From NCBI RefSeq assembly GCF_000027325.1, contig NC_000908.2, forward strand, positions 150,001 to 182,000: DNA of 32,000 nt. Reading direction: 5' to 3'. Position 1 is the stretch's first letter; each line of letters starts with the position of its first letter. The notes below the pieces were generated by a model. The model saw only the letters and a list, made by a program, of their open reading frames with translations. It did no database searches and was not told the DNA's origin. Positions 25,805 to 32,000 of this stretch are shown here, piece after piece. The position numbers and the translations under genes were made by a program. The DNA comes from Mycoplasmoides genitalium G37. GTDB lineage: Bacteria; Bacillota_I; Bacilli_A; Mycoplasmatales; Mycoplasmoidaceae.

Positions 25805-28800
25805 ATGAACGACTGACAGTGACTGAAAAACAGACTTGTTAATTCCAAAACCAAATCTGTTAGTTTCTGATTACCACAAACCTCAAGTAATATCATTGAT
25901 ATTGCTGAATTAATTAAGTGCTGTAGTGAGTTAAAAAACACTTCTATTAATGGTTTAATTGACTTTTTGAACCAACAGGATAAACTTGAATTTAACTTAA
26001 CAAGATTAAAGGAGATAGATGTTGAAGATGGTAAGCAACTATTTGGGATAGAAACTAGTGTTTATAAACACTTTCAAAATGAAATTGCTCGTTTTTATAA
26101 ACAAGTAAACAAACACTTTCGTGAAACAGGTAGTGAAAGTTTGTTTTTAGCTTTACCAGTTATTGAAGGGATTAATGAGTTTAACGATATCTTTCGAGCT
26201 CCATTACTTTATGTTGGAGTTAAACTCAAAGTTTCCCCACGCTTTGAACGTTTCTGATTAGAAATTAACAAAGAAGAGATCTTTTTAAACCCTACTATTA
26301 TTGGAGTTGAAACCAACAAACGTAATAGTTTGTTTAAAAATAACTATGATACTACTAAGATAGATGTTAATGATGCTTTAAAGGTATTTAGTGAACTTGA
26401 ATATGAGTTTAGAATGCCTTTAACTTCTGAATTGAAGAGTTTTAGTAAAAAAGCAAAGAGTGATTTTAATACTGAAAAACGAACTAACTATCTTATTAAC
26501 AACGTTCTTTTGGGGATCTTTGATGTTAAGGGTGATCAGCTGTTCCAAAACTTTAATGAGATTCTAAACACTGATCCTGATGTATTAGATGAACTTCTAA
26601 AAGATAGAAGAGATCTGTTGTTAGAAAACCGGGAATTCCGTGAACAATTTGATTTAAAAGATACCTATCTCTTCAGTCACCTTGATATCTACCAACAGTA
26701 TGCAGTTAAGCAAGCTTTACTTGGTGATTTAATTATTGAAGGCCCACCTGGCACAGGGAAATCTGAAACAATTGTTAATATCTTAGTTAACCTTGTTTTA
26801 AACAACAAAAAAGTATTGTTTGTTTCTGAAAAAGTAACTGCACTTGATGTTGTTTACAACCGTCTTGGTAGTTTTAAACACATCGCACTTTTCAACGCTA
26901 GTGTTGCTGCTGAAAAGAAACGCTTTTATAACCAGTTTGCTGAGTTTGAAACTTATTTCACTACTTACTTTTCCAAGAAAGATTTGGATGCTACTTTACC
27001 AACATTTGAAGGTAAATGGGTGGATGATATTTTAGGGGCATTTCAAGCATTACAAGCTCTTTATGACACCAAGATAAATTCTGGTGAAAATCTGTTTAGT
27101 TTCAAAGAGATTGTCAGTAGCTTTCAGATGTTGGATGCTAGTTACATCAAGATTAAAGAATATGAACGTTTTGATGAGTGAGTGCGCGTCTTTTCAAATC
27201 CATTGTGATTAGAAAAACACTTAAGTTACCAAGAGTTGAAAAAAGAACTTAGTCAGCGCTGGAATGGTATTGATAATTTCTATCAGTTGCAATCGCTTCT
27301 AAACCAAACCAAAAAACGAAAGGTCTTAAACTATGTGTTGGAACACTTTGAACAGTTTAATACAGTTATCAGTCCTAAGCATGTTTTGTTCTACAAGCCT
27401 AGCAATAAATCACAATTGCTCTTAAAACAACTGAAACAGGATGTTGAACAATACACTAGTTTACAACGTTTCCAATCTCCTACTAAGTTTGAAACAATCA
27501 AGTTGAATTTCATCAACCAAGTTAATGAAAACCCAACCCCATGGTTCTTTTCTTGATTTATCCAATTTCATGCCAAGCCACTGTTGGAAAAACTCGTTAG
27601 TTTTGAGTCAAACATTATTAAAACAAAACAAGCTTATCTTAATGGGATTGAAAGCTATGTAGCAAGTTGTAAGAAACTGCTTAAAACAACTATTTTAAAC
27701 AACTTTTTTCAGCTTTATCAAACTAATAAAGATGAACTATTGGAGATCTGCAGACAAGCAAAAAACCCAGTTTTAAAAGAGATTACTTGGTGGTTTAAAA
27801 AACATTTTGAACTCTTAAAAAAACTCTTTCCAGTGCACATTATGACCCTTGAGTCTGCAGCAACTCTAACCCCTAACCAACGTGGTTTGTATGACTATGT
27901 GGTTATTGATGAAGCTAGTCAAGTATTTCTAGAAAGAGCAATTCCTATCTTATTTAGAGCTGATAAGTACATTATTGCAGGGGACACTAAACAGTTAAAA
28001 CCAGCTAACTTCTTCCAATCACGTGCTGAGTATGATGTTGATGAGGAGTTTGAAGATGGCAATATAGAAGCTGCTGTTCACTCCAGTTCTCTACTTCATT
28101 TTTTAAAGAACCGTTCAAGAATCTTAACTTTACTTAAGTTCCACTACCGCAGTGATTCAGCTGATCTGATTGCTTTTACTAATAACAGGATCTATGACAA
28201 TGAATTAATCTTTATGAATAAAGCTAATGCTGATCAAAGGGTTTTTATTGTCCATGATGTAATAGATGGTATCTGAAAAAACAACCGGAATCTCCAAGAA
28301 GCACGTGATGTTGTGCAACGCTTAGAACAACTAACAACAACCAATGATTACAAAAAGTCACTTGGTGTAATTTGTTTCAATAAAAACCAAGCAGATCTAA
28401 TTGAATATCTAATTGATAAACAAAACAATCCATTACTTAACGAGTGAAGAGAAAGACAAAATGATGTTGGTGAATATGAAGGATTATTTGTGAAAAACAT
28501 TGAAAATGTGCAGGGTGATGAAAGGGATATCATCATCTTTTCTTTAGGTTATGATCGTTCAGTAAATAGTTATGGTCCTATTAGTAAGCAAGGTGGAGAA
28601 AACAGACTAAATGTAGCGATAACTAGAGCTAAACAAAGAATAGAACTGTTTAAGACAAATAGAGGAGAAGACTACAATGGTTTAAGCTCCAGTTCCTTGG
28701 GTAGTAAACTGTTAGTTGAATATCTGCTTTATTGTGAAGCGATGGCTAAAAACCAGGGTGAGAAAATCACTTTTCAAGCGGTAAAAAGAAAAGAAACAAA

Positions 28801-29146
28801 AGCAAAGTATGAACTGGCAGTTGAAAATGATTTCTTCAACCAACTGCAGGCAATTTTTGGTGGAGAGTTTGAGATTAAACGTAACGTTAATGAAGGGGCT
28901 TACTTTTTCTCATTTGTCTTTTACTTTAATAATATCCCTTATCTTGCCATTGACTTTAACATCCCCATTCCCACTTCAAGAAAACAAGTTATGGAAGGGA
29001 TTTTATACCGTGAACAGTTTCTCAAAAAACGTCAATGGAACCTAATTAACATCTGGATTGATGAGTGAAAATTAAACCCAATTGGGGTGATTTCTAAAAT
29101 CAGATCAAGTTTAGCAGTGCATCAAAACCAGCATGAAGAAATATAA
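25805..29146 (+). CDS. Uncharacterised superfamily-1 (Upf1/DNA2-like) helicase with a C-terminal nuclease-fold-like domain (1113 aa)
   Basis: Five track ORFs (25967-26257, 26330-27181, 27236-27556, 27584-28276, 28490-29068) plus the unlisted pieces are all in one frame. By my count they are joined by ten in-frame TGA codons. Motifs: Walker A GPPGTGKS (26741-26764), motif II DEASQ (27908-27922), [18 protein letters not shown], and motif [12 protein letters not shown] (28604-28633). TAA stop at 29144-29146. I recall this as MG140, 1113 aa. Confidence 0.9.
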
Positions 29147-29150
29147 TTAG

Positions 29151-30746
29151 ATGAAGATAACTTTCATTTCTGGACAAGAAGTGTCGTTAGGCACTTCTTT
29201 TTTATTGTTTTCAAAAAAAATAGTTATGAATGAATTAAACCAACCCTTACTTGCTATTATTAAAAATGTTGCTAAAACCAAAAACCTTTCTATAGAAGAG
29301 GTGGTTTTTTGTTTGAAAACAGCTTTAGAACAAGCCTATAAAAAACACCTTAACTTTGTTAATGTTGAAGTTAACATTAACTTTGATAAGGGGATTATTA
29401 ATGTTGAACAACTCTTTAATGTTGTTAGTGATGAAAATGAAGATTATGATGACTTTCTTGAAATCCCTTTACAAGCAGCTAACAAAATAAACAGTTCATT
29501 GCAATTAGGTGATGTGTTGCGAAAACCAATCCCCTTAAAAAACATTAGTAGTGATCTTATCAATAAGATGATTGCTATCTTTAACCAAAAGATTAGTGAA
29601 ACAAACTTTAAAGCAGTAATGAGTGAGTTTAGTAGTGAGGTTGGGGAAGTGATTGAAGCGAAAGTTGAAGATATTGATACTAACAAAGAAGGTGGTTTAA
29701 AGGGTTATATTATTAACCTTGAAACTACAAAGGGTTATATCTCCAAGCGGGAATTGTCAAAAGGGGAGCGCTTAGAGATAGGTAAAAAATACCTCTTTGT
29801 TATCAAAGAAATCCAACGGCAAGCATCGTTATGACCAATTACTTTATCAAGAAGTGATACCCGCTTACTACAGTTTTTGTTAACTTCAAATACTCCAGAA
29901 ATTGAAAATGGTACGATTGTAATCAAAAAGATTGAACGTTCCCCAGGAGTGAAATCAAAGATAGCAGTTATCTCCAATGATCCTGCAGTTGACCCAGTTG
30001 CTGCTATCTTAGGACCTAAGGGTGAGAAGATTAGGGGGATTAGTGAGGAATTTAATGGTGAGATTATTGACATTGTCTTTTGGAATGAAGACAAGTTAAA
30101 GTTCTTAATTAATGCCATTTTACCTGCAGAAGTCATTGGTTATAACATCTTGCAGGATGATGAGCGTGATACTAGTATTGAAGTTGTTGTACCTGCAAAC
30201 CAAATTGCTAATGTTTTTGGTTTTAAAGGTGTAAACATTAGGTTAATTAGTAATTTAACAGGTTGAAATAGTGTTGATGTTTACAGTGAAAAAGATGCAA
30301 GTGAAGCCAACATTAAATTCACGAGGTTAAGCTTTGAACCTGAAGGGTTGTTTGGCATCAAAAAAAGAAGGGAAAAGATCATTAGTAATGATGCTACTGA
30401 TAAAGTCTTTTACACCTCTAAAGACAATGTGATAGATGATGAGATTATTGTTGATTTAGCTAAAGATCTAATGGTTGATAATAAACAAAAACAACCTGAG
30501 CAAGTTGCAAAGCAAGTTGTTGAAAAATCACAATTAGAAAAACAAGTTACTCCAAAAGAAAAAGAGAAAGTTCAACCAAAAGCTAAGGTTCATTCTAATA
30601 GCCATTCCAAAAAACCAGCTAAACCTAATCAGATTTTTTCTATCACTGTTGATGCTAGTGATAAGAATCTTAAAAAAGATCAAGTTGATAATAACCAAAC
30701 AAACCCCCAAACAAAACAAACATTTGATAGCTTTGATGATCTTTAA
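29151..30746 (+). CDS. nusA: Transcription termination/antitermination factor NusA (531 aa from ATG 29151; 506 aa if ATG 29226)
   Basis: ORFs 29151-29834, 29877-30266 and 30348-30746 share a frame and are joined by TGA at 29832-29834 and 30264-30266. It has an N-terminal domain (LLAIIKNVAKTKNLSIEEVVFCLKTALEQAYKK), an S1 domain (GEVIEAKVEDID...), two KH domains (ILGPKGEKIRGISEEFNGEIIDIV; VFGFKGVNIRLISNLTGW) and a K/Q/E-rich tail. Confidence 0.9.
29176..29204 (+). terminator. Terminator-like hairpin downstream of the helicase gene
   Basis: AAGAAGTG (29176-29183) and CACTTCTT (29192-29199) form a perfect 8-bp stem with an 8-nt loop. The stem runs into a T-rich stretch (tttttt att gtttt). Confidence 0.5.
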
Positions 30747-31018
30747 TGCAACTAATAACAAGACTTTGTTTATTAACAAGAAAACATTTTGTTAAAAGAG
30801 AACTTTTACGTCTTGTAAAATTAGACAACCAACTTGAAATTGATCTTAATCAAAATCTCAAGGGCAGGGGTTATTATTTGAGTGTTTTTGGTTTAAAGCT
30901 AGATAAAAAACACCTCAAAGCTGTAGTTGAAAAACACCTTAAGGTTAGTTGTAATGATGCAAAGCTTACTGCAATGATTACCGCCTTACAACAATTAGCA
31001 CAAGATGAAAAAAAATAG
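30746..31018 (+). CDS. ylxR: YlxR/RnpM (DUF448) family RNA-binding protein (90 aa)
   Basis: The R-x-C N-terminus ([20 protein letters not shown]) and the GRGYYL motif are both present. It occupies the canonical position between nusA and infB. The ATG overlaps the nusA TAA in a TAATG junction. Confidence 0.85.
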   Translation: MQLITRLCLLTRKHFVKRELLRLVKLDNQLEIDLNQNLKGRGYYLSVFGLKLDKKHLKAVVEKHLKVSCNDAKLTAMITALQQLAQDEKK

Positions 31019-32000
31019 AGCTTTCAATCAGGTTAAAAAAACAAAGTTTGACGGTAGGATTAAAACCAGTGCCAAACACCAGTTACGTAATGTTAAAACC
31101 GGGGTTAAAGATGGTGTTTTTATCTATAAAGGTCCTTTAACTGTTAGTGAGTTTGCAAGTAAAACTAATATCGCTGTTGCTAACATTATCAAACACTTTT
31201 TTTTAAATGGTTTGGCACTAACAGTTAATTCAGTTTTAACAAATGAACAGTTAGCAGATGCATGTGTTAACTTTGGGTTTGACTTTAAGATGGAAACTGA
31301 AGTTACCCATGAAAATATTGTAGCTAACATCCAGTTTGAAGATAGTGATGATTTATTGCAACCAAGACCACCTATTGTTACTATCATGGGTCATGTTGAC
31401 CATGGTAAAACTTCGCTTTTAGACACAATTAGAAAAACTAATGTAACTGCTAAGGAGTTTGGCGGAATTACCCAAAAAATTGGTGCTTATCAGGTGAAAA
31501 ATCACCAAAATAAAACGATTACTTTTATTGATACTCCTGGGCATGAAGCATTTACTTTAATGCGTGCAAGGGGTGCAAAAGTAACTGATATTGTGGTGTT
31601 GGTTGTGGCAGCGGATGATGGGATTAAAAAGCAAACAGAGGAAGCAATTAGCCATGCTAAGAGTGCTAACACTCCTATCATTGTTTTTATTAACAAGATG
31701 GATAAACCAACTGCTAACCCTGATCTGGTGATCCAACAACTCAATAAGTTTGATTTAGTTCCTGAGGCTTGGGGTGGGAAAACTATCTTTGTAATGGGTA
31801 GTGCTTTAACTGGTCAAGGGATTAATGAGTTGCTTGATAATATCTTGTTGCTAGGGGAAGTGGAGGGTTATCAAGCTAACTATAATGCCCATTCATCTGG
31901 TTATGCAATTGAAGTACAAACTTCAAAGGGACTTGGCCCTATTGCCAATGTCATTGTAAAAAGGGGTACTTTAAAGTTAGGTGACATTGTGGTGTTAGGG
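31005..32000 (+). CDS. infB: Translation initiation factor IF-2, N-terminal 332 codons (3' end beyond the window)
   Basis: Not in the ORF track because it runs off the window end. The ATG at 31005 overlaps ylxR by 14 nt. The frame is open to 32000, with G-domain motifs [20 protein letters not shown] and NKMD. Confidence 0.93.
   Translation, partial: MKKNRAFNQVKKTKFDGRIKTSAKHQLRNVKTGVKDGVFIYKGPLTVSEFASKTNIAVANIIKHFFLNGLALTVNSVLTNEQLADACVNFGFDFKMETEVTHENIVANIQFEDSDDLLQPRPPIVTIMGHVDHGKTSLLDTIRKTNVTAKEFGGITQKIGAYQVKNHQNKTITFIDTPGHEAFTLMRARGAKVTDIVVLVVAADDGIKKQTEEAISHAKSANTPIIVFINKMDKPTANPDLVIQQLNKFDLVPEAWGGKTIFVMGSALTGQGINELLDNILLLGEVEGYQANYNAHSSGYAIEVQTSKGLGPIANVIVKRGTLKLGDIVVLG

Noticed and set aside
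26844-31744. Alternative-frame or antisense ORFs within the helicase, nusA, ylxR and infB (26844-27035 +, 28348-28536 -, 28809-29045 +, 29444-29686 -, 29735-30136 -, 30534-30779 -, 31124-31387 -, 31502-31744 -, 31557-31739 -)
   Set aside because: They are embedded in genes whose main frame shows clear conserved motifs, so they are most simply explained as shadow ORFs.

Overview
This window reads as core chromosome of a Mollicutes genome that uses translation table 4 (TGA = Trp). From memory, not a database search, the gene order, the 16S sequence and the adhesin-like repeats match Mycoplasma (Mycoplasmoides) genitalium from topA to infB, roughly MG122 to MG142. The supplied ORF track treats TGA as stop, so most real genes appear as 2-6 same-frame fragments. 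I re-joined them by hand, checking that each gap has no TAA or TAG. Result: about 24 protein genes, mostly housekeeping: topA, trxA, trpS, spx-like, NAD kinase, RNase Y, HIT, YbaB, lysS, glf, lepA, RNase J, a 1113-aa SF1 helicase, nusA, ylxR and infB. There is one 16S-23S-5S rRNA operon at about 20.0-24.8 kb with no spacer tRNA. It is flanked on both sides by GC-richer, non-expressed MgPa-repeat (MgPar) cassettes homologous to the mgpB/mgpC adhesin genes. I found no CRISPR array, IS element, prophage gene, tRNA or obvious defence island, and I cannot support a claim of a new multi-gene system. The leads I consider most worth checking are: (1) the ORF after topA looks like a full-length RNase Y paralogue with every HD-domain metal ligand substituted; (2) the uncharacterised helicase/nuclease-like giant ORF sits directly next to a MgPar; (3) about 420 bp and 145 bp of same-orientation homology bracket the rRNA operon; (4) a 1455-nt start-less open frame is kept intact inside the upstream MgPar, and it contains an (AGT)15 tract; (5) a terminator-like hairpin lies inside the longest possible nusA ORF. 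All coordinates were derived manually, so RNA ends and some start codons are approximate.
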